Assembly: GCA_964247135.1 (NCBI GenBank)
Contig: CAXTTL010000015.1
Span: 1-39,164 of the forward strand
DNA length: 39,164 bases
Reading direction: 5' to 3'
DNA from: an uncultured Deinococcales bacterium
GTDB lineage: Bacteria > Deinococcota > Deinococci > Deinococcales > JAAFIG01
Part shown: positions 28,274 to 37,080 of the stretch, piece after piece
Layout: every line of letters starts with the position of its first letter
Numbering within the stretch: the first letter of the stretch is position 1
Program-made: the position numbers and the translations under genes
The notes under the pieces: generated by a model
What the model was told of the DNA's origin: nothing
Databases searched by the model: none
What the model saw: only the letters and a program-made list of their open reading frames with translations

Positions 28274-29617
28274 TTAACTGCCACTCTTGATCTTGTCCTC
28301 CAAGGCTTTGCGATCAAAAACAACAAGCCAAAGGTCATTTTTCAGTTCATTTTCAGTGATCTTGATTTCATCGTTGAGTACCTGCAAATTCTTTTTCAGG
28401 GCTTCTTCAACCTGTTTGCGTTGCTCGTCGGTGATGTTGGACATCTTGATTTCAAAAAACCGATCTTCGTCTTCCCGAAATTGCCTTAATTTGCCTTCCA
28501 AATCAAACCGCCGAATATCGTCGCGTTCGCGTTCCCAGACTTTGGTCTCCACCAGGGCTTCGCTAATATCTGGGCTGACCGGACCAAAAAACTTTCCTTG
28601 GTTGGCTTTGATAAATCGGTTAAAACTGGTTTCCATCGTGGACAGGTGCGTGCTCAGTGCTTTTAATGCCTCGTCCGCAAATTCTTTGCCGTCCTCGCGT
28701 TGCCCGGAGGTGCCTTCGCTCGAGAGTTGTTTTAAGTCGTCGCTGGCAAGACCGTACTCGCGTTTGGCTTGGTCAAAACCATTTTTTTCGATAAAGTCTT
28801 TGGTGTCCTTGCGAACATCGGTAAACAAAATTGCCATGCCGTTGGCTTCGGAATTGACCAACGATTTGTAACGGTCTATCAGTTCGATCAGGTTCTTTTT
28901 CTTTTGCTTTAACACGCCCGCCGTGCGCTCACCCAAGTCCAAAGCGATTGAAACCACTTGACCCAAAACCGGAACAAAATTGGCGACGCCTCCGGCTTTG
29001 TCCAGCACCCCTTCAACTTTTTCGGCAATGTTTTTCTTGTCAAAAGCCATGCCAACGATCATGTCTTGGATCAGTTTTTCCATTTCTTTGGAGGTGGCAA
29101 TTTCGGCTTGATCATACGTCCGATCATCGTTGTCCATTTGGGCATTCCATTTGATCTCGAGCTTGTCCGTCCAGTCGTTGAGGTTTTTGTTGAGTTCCAG
29201 AATCGTGTCGTGCCGAGTGGCGATGCTTGAATTCTGCATCAGGTCAAGGTATTTGAATTCGCTGACCTTAAACGATTGGTACAACTTGAGAACCGCCGGA
29301 CTCAATTTGGTCATGTCATTTTCTCGCTCTTCGACTTTCTGTTTGATGACATTGATGCGATCAATAAAATTGACCTTCTGAGCACCTTTTTCTTCGCGCA
29401 ACAGCCCAAGCAAACCATTAAAACCTTCATTGCGGGCATTGGTGTAATTCAAATACGTTTGAATCAATTCGCCGCGCTGAAACGGGTCGAGTTCGCTGGC
29501 TTTGACAGCCTCGTCTTTGAGTTCGGCAAAGCGTTTGTCGTAGCCAGAAGCGAAAGCCAAACTGAGCAAACCAACCAGCAACAACAGCAGTCCCAAACGA
29601 ATTCGATGCTTTTTCAT
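28274..29617 (-). CDS. Secreted alpha-helical hypothetical protein
   Basis: 447-aa ORF, AAGGAG RBS, signal peptide MKKHRIRLGLLLLLVGLLSLAFA, K/E/D-rich helical body. Confidence 0.8.
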   Translation of the reverse strand: MKKHRIRLGLLLLLVGLLSLAFASGYDKRFAELKDEAVKASELDPFQRGELIQTYLNYTNARNEGFNGLLGLLREEKGAQKVNFIDRINVIKQKVEERENDMTKLSPAVLKLYQSFKVSEFKYLDLMQNSSIATRHDTILELNKNLNDWTDKLEIKWNAQMDNDDRTYDQAEIATSKEMEKLIQDMIVGMAFDKKNIAEKVEGVLDKAGGVANFVPVLGQVVSIALDLGERTAGVLKQKKKNLIELIDRYKSLVNSEANGMAILFTDVRKDTKDFIEKNGFDQAKREYGLASDDLKQLSSEGTSGQREDGKEFADEALKALSTHLSTMETSFNRFIKANQGKFFGPVSPDISEALVETKVWERERDDIRRFDLEGKLRQFREDEDRFFEIKMSNITDEQRKQVEEALKKNLQVLNDEIKITENELKNDLWLVVFDRKALEDKIKSGS

Positions 29618-29664
29618 AACACTCCTTTTAGGCGATCAAAACTTGATTTCAAAACTCGAGGACG

Positions 29665-31398
29665 CTAAATTCCTTGTTCGCTGATGATTCGCCACGCGCC
29701 CTTATCAATGCGTTGCAAAATCCACAACGGATGAACGCTGAGGTCTACAAAAGCGCTGTAGGTATTCTCAAAACGACCAATGTGCCGCAGTTCGACACTG
29801 ACCTGCTCGATGCGCGGCGCTCCAACAAATTCCGTACCAGCCAAGATCACTTCGGGATCGCTGACAAATGCAACCTGCACATCGAACACTGGCTCGAGCA
29901 TCAAACGCCGCGAACGCAACCAATCGTCGTTCATGCTGTTGGTGCTGCGCAGCGAGTAACGGACTTGGTTTTTATCGTCAAGCCAAGCCTCGGATTCGGC
30001 AAACAAACTGTTCCAGAGTTTCTGATCGCCCCACTTCAAAGCACTGATGAGGGCTTGCATGACCTCTTTGGGGCTGGCATTGTCTTTTGGAATTGCCAGA
30101 CGCTGCGAACTGAGCGCCGCCTCGCCCGCAAACAGTGAAACACCGTCTTTAACCGCCGTCAAATCGACAAACACCCTGTCCTCAACCAGAACCCCCAGTG
30201 GCTCGAGCATCAACCCCGTGGCGGCTTGATCGTTGATGACCAACATTTTGGGTTCATCCAAAATCCGTCCCAGAATCGTGTAATTCTCGAGAAAATCGGG
30301 ATTGACGGTGCGTTGATAGCGGTCCTGGGCTTCAAAGATTCGTTGCATGGTTTTGCTTTGGCACGCCACAAAGTAATACCCGCGTTGAGCGTCACCGGAA
30401 CGCAAATAACAGCGGTCACCTTCGCTCACCCAATCGCTCGGTTTGATGACGGGCAAGAGCACCACTTTGCCCACGACTTTGCTTCGATCCTCGAGCGGAT
30501 TGACCGCCGGAAAGGGTGCAATCGTGTCTTTCTCGAGCTTTTTCTGCATGGCTTGAAACGCTGCCGTGCTGGCATCTTTGATTTGCGCACTGCGTTTCTC
30601 GCCCAGTTGTCGGAACTCGAGGTCTTTGTCGGTCAGCGTATAACTTCCCCCAGCCAGAATCTTCAAAACGCTTTGCCAGTCGTTTTCGACCGCAGTCGCA
30701 AATGCCCCAGGGTATTTTTGTTTTAAGCTCGCAATCCGAGGTTTGTCCTCGAGCCATTCTTTTAACAAGCTGCGACTGTTAAAGCGGCTGTTCCAGCCAG
30801 CATCCAGCACCCGTTCGGCGCGGCGCGTAAAGTCTTCGTACCAACTTGACCAAGCCGAATCAAAGCCGTCTCTCTCGAACTTTACTGGACCGCTGGCGCC
30901 AAACATCGGTTTGCCTTCGCTCGAGAAGTTATTTCTTTGCGCCCGCACTGAACCGCGAATCTCGAGGCTTTCCGAACCCTCGCCAGTGCTTTTGCGCCGC
31001 AGCACTTTTAAAACAAGTGGGCTGCCATCACGAAAACCCAGCGATTTCCAGGTGTTGCCCTCAGAGATGCCACCAATGCCCAGTTGGGTCATGTTTCTGA
31101 GGTACGCGCTGGCGGCTTCTTGACTGGCGGCATCCGTGACGGGTGGCGGACACGCCGTTAAGACGTTGTTGACGGTGGTGATCAAATCTCCAATTTGCAA
31201 GCCTGCCGCCCTGAATGGACTGTCCCACTCGAGCCAAGTCACACGGTGACCACATGGCGCACGTTCGGTCACGGTTCGGGTGTTGATGCCGCTCGAGAGA
31301 AAATCTGGGTCAATTTGTTCGGTTTGTGCCAGACTGGGCAAGATCGCTGTTGCCACCACCAAAAGAGTCAGTATTGTGATTTGAGGGTAATACTTCAT
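29665..31398 (-). CDS. Secreted PDZ-domain hypothetical protein
   Basis: 577-aa ORF, AGGAGG RBS, signal peptide, SPFRAAGLQIGDLITTVN PDZ-like motif. Confidence 0.78.
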   Translation of the reverse strand: MKYYPQITILTLLVVATAILPSLAQTEQIDPDFLSSGINTRTVTERAPCGHRVTWLEWDSPFRAAGLQIGDLITTVNNVLTACPPPVTDAASQEAASAYLRNMTQLGIGGISEGNTWKSLGFRDGSPLVLKVLRRKSTGEGSESLEIRGSVRAQRNNFSSEGKPMFGASGPVKFERDGFDSAWSSWYEDFTRRAERVLDAGWNSRFNSRSLLKEWLEDKPRIASLKQKYPGAFATAVENDWQSVLKILAGGSYTLTDKDLEFRQLGEKRSAQIKDASTAAFQAMQKKLEKDTIAPFPAVNPLEDRSKVVGKVVLLPVIKPSDWVSEGDRCYLRSGDAQRGYYFVACQSKTMQRIFEAQDRYQRTVNPDFLENYTILGRILDEPKMLVINDQAATGLMLEPLGVLVEDRVFVDLTAVKDGVSLFAGEAALSSQRLAIPKDNASPKEVMQALISALKWGDQKLWNSLFAESEAWLDDKNQVRYSLRSTNSMNDDWLRSRRLMLEPVFDVQVAFVSDPEVILAGTEFVGAPRIEQVSVELRHIGRFENTYSAFVDLSVHPLWILQRIDKGAWRIISEQGI

Positions 31399-31437
31399 TC
31401 TTAACCTCCTGAATTCGATTCATCTTGAATCAAGCTT

Positions 31438-31455
31438 GGTCACATCACGGTCACA
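31438..31455 (-). promoter_or_regulatory. Heptamer direct repeat with 11-bp period upstream of the secreted-protein pair
   Basis: GGTCACA-tcac-GGTCACA about 40 bp upstream of the 31398 start. Confidence 0.5.
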
Positions 31456-31645
31456 AGATCAAAACGCTCTGTTGAGCACGGCATTTCAGGATTTAGTATC
31501 AAATCGGGAGTCTCTCGAGTTGCGACGATCTCCGAATTTTGCAAACCTCAATGACGGCATAACCCAAAGCCCCTCAGCTCGAGCGTGAGTGAATTTAAGA
31601 TTCGAGAAAGGTTAAACTGCAAACTCGAGCTTCAAGGAGGAACGT

Positions 31646-32545
31646 ATGCTAAAAATTGCGAATGCACCCTGTTCATGGGGTGTGATTGAGGGCATCGAAG
31701 GTGACCGCAGCGGTTACTCGAAGTTGCTCGACGAGATGCACGAGACAGGTTATGACGGCACAGAGTTGGGCGATTGGGGCTTCATGCCCACCGACCCTGA
31801 AAAACTGAGCGCCGAACTCGAGGCACGAAAGTTAAAACTGCTGGCTTCATGGGTCAGCGTGTTCTTGCACGACCCAGAACGTCACGCGCAAAGTGAAGCC
31901 GAGGCGGTGCGCACCGCAGGATTGCTGGCGGCAGTCGGTGGCTCGAGTGCGCTGGTGGTGCTTGGCAATGATCCGTACATTCCGAATCACATCCGAAACA
32001 TCAACGCTGGGCGCATCACGCCCGAAATGGGCATGACCGACGCGCAATGGGAGGTTTTTGCTGAGGGTGCAAACCGTGTGGCTCGAGCCGTCAAGCGCGA
32101 GACGGGCTTGCGAACCGTGTTTCACCATCACATTGCCACGTGGATTGAAACACCAGCCGAAACCACCAAACTCCTTGAGCTAACAGACCCAAGCGTGATG
32201 GGTTTGTGCTTTGATACTGGGCATTACAGTTTTGCGGGCGGCGACCCGCTCGAGGGGTTGGAACGTCACAAAGACCGAATCTGGCACGTTCACTTCAAAG
32301 ACCACGATCCCAAAATTGCCGCCCAATCTCGAGTTGAGGGTTGGACTGGTGTGCAAGCCGTTGAACACGGTGTGTTCTGCGAACTTGGACATGGGAATGT
32401 CAACTTCCCTGCGGTCAAAGCCAAACTCGAGTCTTGGGGGTACGACGGTTGGATTGTTGTGGAGCAAGACGTGCTGCCAGGTATGGGCAACCCCAAAGAA
32501 AGTGCCAGACGAAACCGTGAGTATTTGCGGGGGATTGGGTTGTAA
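31646..32545 (+). CDS. iolE: Inosose dehydratase-like sugar isomerase (TIM barrel)
   Basis: [43 protein letters not shown] motifs; AAGGAGG RBS. Confidence 0.85.
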   Translation: MLKIANAPCSWGVIEGIEGDRSGYSKLLDEMHETGYDGTELGDWGFMPTDPEKLSAELEARKLKLLASWVSVFLHDPERHAQSEAEAVRTAGLLAAVGGSSALVVLGNDPYIPNHIRNINAGRITPEMGMTDAQWEVFAEGANRVARAVKRETGLRTVFHHHIATWIETPAETTKLLELTDPSVMGLCFDTGHYSFAGGDPLEGLERHKDRIWHVHFKDHDPKIAAQSRVEGWTGVQAVEHGVFCELGHGNVNFPAVKAKLESWGYDGWIVVEQDVLPGMGNPKESARRNREYLRGIGL

Positions 32546-32615
32546 ATCTCGAGCGTTGCGGAAGTCTCGAGAATCCAAAACGCGCTTTAACTTGTGATTT
32601 GAAAAATTGTTTTGC

Positions 32616-32645
32616 CGTGGGGGCGCATGGCAATGCGCCCCCACG
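32616..32645. repeat. Palindromic REP family B, between convergent genes (may also terminate)
   Basis: CGTGGGGGCGCATGGCAATGCGCCCCCACG. Confidence 0.75.
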
Positions 32646-32680
32646 TGATGGGATATTTTCGTGTTGGAGCGTCTTAAGGT

Positions 32681-34105
32681 TTATACCTGCAACAATTTGC
32701 CCAACTCGAGCGTCACATCAATCAAGGTTTGAACATCGCTGTCGGACGTGCGGAAGTTAACAAAGCACGGGCGCAAGCAAATTTTGCCGTCCACCAACGC
32801 CGATGAAATATAAACCCGTCCATCGTCTTGCATGGATTTCACCAACTCGAGGTTGTGCTGATTGAGGGCGGTTTCGTTGCCCTTTAAACTGGTTGGAACA
32901 TGACGAAAGGGCACAGTCGAAAGTTGCGGTTCGACCAGCAATTCAAGCTGGCTCGAGCCTCGAATCAGATTGGCGCAGAGTTGCGCTTGGGCAATATTGC
33001 GGGCGATGGCGGCGCGGTACTGATCTGCGCCGTGAACGCGCAGTGCCAGCCAAAGTTTTAACGCCCGAAATGGTCGTGAATACTCGAGCGTCAAATCCAC
33101 AGCGTTGTACGGTTGATGCTCGTCGTGAAGCATGTACGATTCGTCATGGGTGAAGGCTGCCGCAAGGTTGCTGCGGTTTTTGACCAGCACCACACCGCAA
33201 GCTTTGGGCAGGTACAACCATTTGTGCGCATCGACCGAAATTGAATCGGCACGTTCCAAACCTTGAAAGCGATCTCGCATCTCGAGGACCGCCGCTCCAG
33301 GCAAACCGTAAGCGCCGTCCACGTGCAGCCACACCCCTCGAGCCGCGCAAATGTCTGCCAGTGCCTCGAGCGGGTCGATAGCACCGGTTAAAGTTGTACC
33401 TGCGGTAGCAATCACGGCAACGGGGACGATTCCGGCGGCAAGGTCGGCATCAATCGCCGCCGCCACAGCTTCAGCCTTGACCCGATGGTTCGCATCAATT
33501 GGCAAACTCCGTACTTGATTCGCGCCAATTCCCAGCACTTCCGCCGCTCGAGACACCGAGTAATGTGCCTCGCTCGAGCAGTACAGGGCACAAGGACGGC
33601 TGGCAAGACCAGTTCGCCTCACGCCAGGCAGTGCGCGTTCTCGAGCCGCCGTTAAAGCCGTCAAGTTGGAAATCATGCCGCCACTGGTGATCGTTCCAGC
33701 GCCCGACGGAAACCCCAGAAGTTCTGCCACCCACTCGAGCGCCTGACGTTCAATCAAATCCGCACTTTTCGCACTGGTCGCCAAATTGACATCAAAACAC
33801 GACGCCAGCGCATCCGCCAGCACCCCAATCTCGAGACCGCTCGAGCCGACAAACGCAAAGTAACGTGGTCTTGCCTGCGCCAAACTCGTGTCCAAGAATC
33901 CTCGAGCCTCCTCGAGCGCCACCAGCGCGGGCGTGGGCGCACTGCCGAGCGGTTTGGTGGTCAACTCACGCAAAACCTCAGAAATGGCAGGTTCAAACGC
34001 TCGAGCTTGATCAAAACTCGACCACGCCTCACCGATGATGTTTGCGGCTTGTTGAATCAATTCGGCTCGAGAAATGTCGAGGGGTAAACTCGGGCGGTTT
34101 TGCAT
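32681..34105 (-). CDS. Group II PLP-dependent amino-acid decarboxylase
   Basis: TSGGMISN, AHYSV, TAGTT, WLHVDGAYG, SISVDAHKWL (PLP lysine), LKLW; AAGGAG RBS before ATG at 34105. Confidence 0.9.
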   Translation of the reverse strand: MQNRPSLPLDISRAELIQQAANIIGEAWSSFDQARAFEPAISEVLRELTTKPLGSAPTPALVALEEARGFLDTSLAQARPRYFAFVGSSGLEIGVLADALASCFDVNLATSAKSADLIERQALEWVAELLGFPSGAGTITSGGMISNLTALTAARERALPGVRRTGLASRPCALYCSSEAHYSVSRAAEVLGIGANQVRSLPIDANHRVKAEAVAAAIDADLAAGIVPVAVIATAGTTLTGAIDPLEALADICAARGVWLHVDGAYGLPGAAVLEMRDRFQGLERADSISVDAHKWLYLPKACGVVLVKNRSNLAAAFTHDESYMLHDEHQPYNAVDLTLEYSRPFRALKLWLALRVHGADQYRAAIARNIAQAQLCANLIRGSSQLELLVEPQLSTVPFRHVPTSLKGNETALNQHNLELVKSMQDDGRVYISSALVDGKICLRPCFVNFRTSDSDVQTLIDVTLELGKLLQV

Positions 34106-34124
34106 GGGACTCCTTGTATGTCTA

Positions 34125-34251
34125 CCCTCATCCCCGACCCTTCTCCCAACATCAGGAGAAGGGAGTTTAGGTTCGCTACACGTTTGGCTCGAGGTTTTTG
34201 CTTTTCCTTCTCCCTGCGGGAGAAGGTGGCGAGGTACGAGCCGGATGAGGG
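34125..34251. repeat. CCCTC-type composite palindromic element
   Basis: CCCTCATCC..GGATGAGGG outer inverted repeat enclosing two CCTTCTCC..GGAGAAGG hairpins. Confidence 0.75.
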
Positions 34252-34277
34252 CTTTTAGGTGCGCCATAAACCGGTTT

Positions 34278-35210
34278 TTAAATCGGCATTGGAATACGCT
34301 CGAGGTAGGCTTCATTCTGGTCACTCTCGGACTTGATCGCCTCGGCATCGAACCGAAAATACGAACGCGGCGGCAGAATCCCCCAGGTGTTGCTGGTGTG
34401 CGCATCGTCGGGATAATAGCGTGGTTCGTGGTCGGGCACGAGTTGCTCGAGGTCGCAAAACAGTTCCATGAAAATGTCTTCCTCGGGCATTCGGATGTAG
34501 CTGTACAAATTTCTGGCGACACCGTGCCGTCCAGGTCCCCACACGACAGGTCGAGCGTTTTGCGCCAGATGATCGAGGGCGACGCGCATTTCGCCCCAGT
34601 CCACCAGCTCAAAGGCGACGTGGTGAATGTGGTTGTACCCTTTTTCCACGAATGCCAGCACGTGATGATCGGCGTTGACGTGCAACCAGCAGCCTTCGTC
34701 ACCCACCCAATCCGTCAGACCAAAACCGAGTTTTTCGATGTACCAACTGACGGCTTGTTTGGCGTTGCCGGTCAGGTAATTGACGTGGGCAAATTTGCGC
34801 GGATGAAACCCAGGAATACGGCTCGAGTATTGCACCTCGCTGGGGTAACTTGGATTTTGGCGTACTCGCTCGAGCAGCACCACGTTGTTGCCGTCAGGGT
34901 CTTGGAGTTTTAGACCAGTGCCGCGTTGTGGAACTTCCACTTCGGTCACACTCAAACCTCGAGTTCGCAATTCTTTCTTGGCTTCCTCGAGCGAGAGTTT
35001 TGGTGCAAGTTCGTATGCCACGTATTCCAAACCAGATTTCTCACTCGAGGCAAGGAGCAGCAAGCCGTAATCTTCGTGGCTGCAACGCAAAACCGCGTGA
35101 TCGCCGTGAATTTCGCCGTGAAGCCCGAGCGTGTGCGACCAACGCGCAAATGCCTCCTCGAGATTTTGCACGCGCAACGCGGCGTGGTGAATGGCGGAAA
35201 TCAATTTCAT
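34278..35210 (-). CDS. VOC-family type I extradiol ring-cleavage dioxygenase
   Basis: Two glyoxalase domains; AHVN, DHH, HHVAF, WGPGRHG, YSY and MEL fit the His/His/Glu metal triad. Confidence 0.85.
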   Translation of the reverse strand: MKLISAIHHAALRVQNLEEAFARWSHTLGLHGEIHGDHAVLRCSHEDYGLLLLASSEKSGLEYVAYELAPKLSLEEAKKELRTRGLSVTEVEVPQRGTGLKLQDPDGNNVVLLERVRQNPSYPSEVQYSSRIPGFHPRKFAHVNYLTGNAKQAVSWYIEKLGFGLTDWVGDEGCWLHVNADHHVLAFVEKGYNHIHHVAFELVDWGEMRVALDHLAQNARPVVWGPGRHGVARNLYSYIRMPEEDIFMELFCDLEQLVPDHEPRYYPDDAHTSNTWGILPPRSYFRFDAEAIKSESDQNEAYLERIPMPI

Positions 35211-36079
35211 CAGAACTCCTTCCTCGAGACGCGACGCTCGGCTTCGTCCTCGGGTATTGCCAAGGCAACATGCAGGGTTGCCGTCGTGACTTGCGGTTGA
35301 ATGCCAACAGGCTCGAGGTCATCCTTAAGTTCGACAATGCGGTTCTCGAGCCGTCCAATACCATCCACCTCCACCGCGACCAGATCGCCAATTTCGACGG
35401 GTCGAGAATGGGCTGGTGTGCCAGTCAGCAGCATGTCGCCAGCCTCGAGTGTAATCAACCTCGAGAGGTCAGCGATTTGGTACGCCACCGAGAACATCAA
35501 GTCGTTGCCCGTGTTGGTTTCTTGTACGACTTGCCCGTTGACAAAAGTCCGCAAGTGCAGATTTTCGGGGTCAACATCGGCAGCATCCACCATGACCGGA
35601 CCCGTCGGGCAGAAGCCATCTTGTCCCTTCACGCGAATCATCGCACCGCGATCTGCGTGACGAAAATCGTGAACGCCAAAATCGTTGACAATCGTGTAAC
35701 CCTGCACAAAACTCAGCGCATTCTCGAGGGTCGCGCCCTTGCAGCGCTTGCCGATCACCACCGCAATCTCGCCCTCGTAATTGAGGTACTGGCAACCCTT
35801 CGGACGCGCCACCGTCGCCTGATGGTGCGAGAGCGAACTGATCGGCTTTAAAAACCAAGCGGGCGAATCGGGCAGTGTTTTCATGTCATATTCCACACAC
35901 CTCGAGCGGTAGGTGAGGTGTGTGGCAAAAATCTGGCGCGGCATAACAGGGGAGAGGTAATGCGCAATATCTGCCTCGAGTTTTATCCCATTCTCGAGCG
36001 TGATGATGCCGCCCGTCGTGCCACCTTCAAGAATTCCCTTGCGAGCCAGTCCATTGTACAAAACCCGAACGTGTTTCAA
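35210..36079 (-). CDS. Fumarylacetoacetate hydrolase family protein
   Basis: FLKP, NYEGE, GYTIVNDF, KGQDGFCPTGP, TGTP motifs; TTG start with AAGGAGG RBS. Confidence 0.92.
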   Translation of the reverse strand: MKHVRVLYNGLARKGILEGGTTGGIITLENGIKLEADIAHYLSPVMPRQIFATHLTYRSRCVEYDMKTLPDSPAWFLKPISSLSHHQATVARPKGCQYLNYEGEIAVVIGKRCKGATLENALSFVQGYTIVNDFGVHDFRHADRGAMIRVKGQDGFCPTGPVMVDAADVDPENLHLRTFVNGQVVQETNTGNDLMFSVAYQIADLSRLITLEAGDMLLTGTPAHSRPVEIGDLVAVEVDGIGRLENRIVELKDDLEPVGIQPQVTTATLHVALAIPEDEAERRVSRKEF

Positions 36080-36900
36080 CGTCGTACCTCCTTGGCAGCC
36101 TCTTTGTTGTGCTGCAAAATCACTTCGCCGCCGTGAACGGTATAACCAAAACTGAATTTGTAACCCTTCATCATCTCGAGCGGTCGGATCGCGTGCAAAT
36201 CCTCGATGGTGTTGCTGCCAAACTCGAGCGTCGCATCACCCTCCCAAATTGAGGTGGCTTCACGGTCAAAACCGCCACTTCGCACCAGTTCAAACACATC
36301 AGGTTGCAAGCCGTTGTAAGCGGGAAAATGCCTCGAGTTGTACATCGGCGGATCGTTGACGGTCGGACCCGTTTTGGACGGTTCGCGCAAGGTGATGACA
36401 GTTCGCGCAATCTCTCGAGAACCCGCCGTACAGGTTGCGCCAAACCTCGAGCCAGCCTCTATTTTCGGTGCGGCTTTGCCCACCGCAAAGGTGCGCGTCA
36501 TGTGAATCGACCCCAGTTTTTTTGGGAAGCCCTGAATGTGCCCCCGATACATCGCAAAGTCTTTATCCACCCAAATGTACACGCACCTCGAGACGGGTTT
36601 CCCCTGGTATTTCGCGCCGACCACAATAAAAAATTCTTTGTACTGCGCTTGAATCGGGTCGGTCAACTCGTGAAAATCAGCGCTGCACGATTGCCAATCG
36701 GCAAAAATTGCGGCAACCGCGCCAGGGTCATCCGCAGGCTCGAGTTCGGGGGGCAACAGCGCGATCACGGCGTCAGGGTCGGTGCGGTATTCGGCAATCA
36801 AAAAATCGCCCGAATAATGCCAGGGCGGGGGCGGCACAAGGCTTGCGCGACCATCTGGCGAGAGCGGGAAGGTGTAACCAAGTGGCGGTTTGCGTGTCAT
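36076..36900 (-). CDS. Acetoacetate decarboxylase-like superfamily enzyme (MppR/Sbi00515-like)
   Basis: YTFPLSP, PPWHYSG, DWQ, QYKEF, RGHIQGFPKK (Schiff-base Lys); GAGG RBS before ATG at 36900. Confidence 0.88.
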   Translation of the reverse strand: MTRKPPLGYTFPLSPDGRASLVPPPPWHYSGDFLIAEYRTDPDAVIALLPPELEPADDPGAVAAIFADWQSCSADFHELTDPIQAQYKEFFIVVGAKYQGKPVSRCVYIWVDKDFAMYRGHIQGFPKKLGSIHMTRTFAVGKAAPKIEAGSRFGATCTAGSREIARTVITLREPSKTGPTVNDPPMYNSRHFPAYNGLQPDVFELVRSGGFDREATSIWEGDATLEFGSNTIEDLHAIRPLEMMKGYKFSFGYTVHGGEVILQHNKEAAKEVRR

Positions 36901-36910
36901 AAGAACCTCG

Positions 36911-36971
36911 GTAGGGTGCGCCGTGCGCACCGCGTCTTTCACGTGCTGATGGTGCGCGAGGCGCACCCTAC
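36911..36971. repeat. GTAG-type REP doublet (REPIN), copy 3
   Basis: GTAGGGTGCGCCGTGCGCACC..19 nt..GGTGCGCGAGGCGCACCCTAC. Confidence 0.88.
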
Positions 36972-37080
36972 AAAATCGCTTTTTGCTTGTATTTTTGATT
37001 GCTCGAGATTTTGAAAATAGGATTCAAATTTTATTCGCATTGTCAATAGTTTAAAGATCAAATTATTCAATTCTCGAGTC

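Noticed and set aside
34106-34702. 199-aa N-terminal extension of the PLP decarboxylase (673-aa ORF)
   Set aside because: Overlaps the dioxygenase in another frame and crosses a repeat; strong AAGGAG RBS supports ATG 34105
36076-36900. Enduracididine biosynthesis (mppR) assignment
   Set aside because: No mppP/mppQ or NRPS in the window, and neighbours are ring-cleavage enzymes
36901-36966. N-terminal extension of the ADC-like ORF
   Set aside because: It is translated REPIN sequence; RBS and family-like N-terminus begin at 36900
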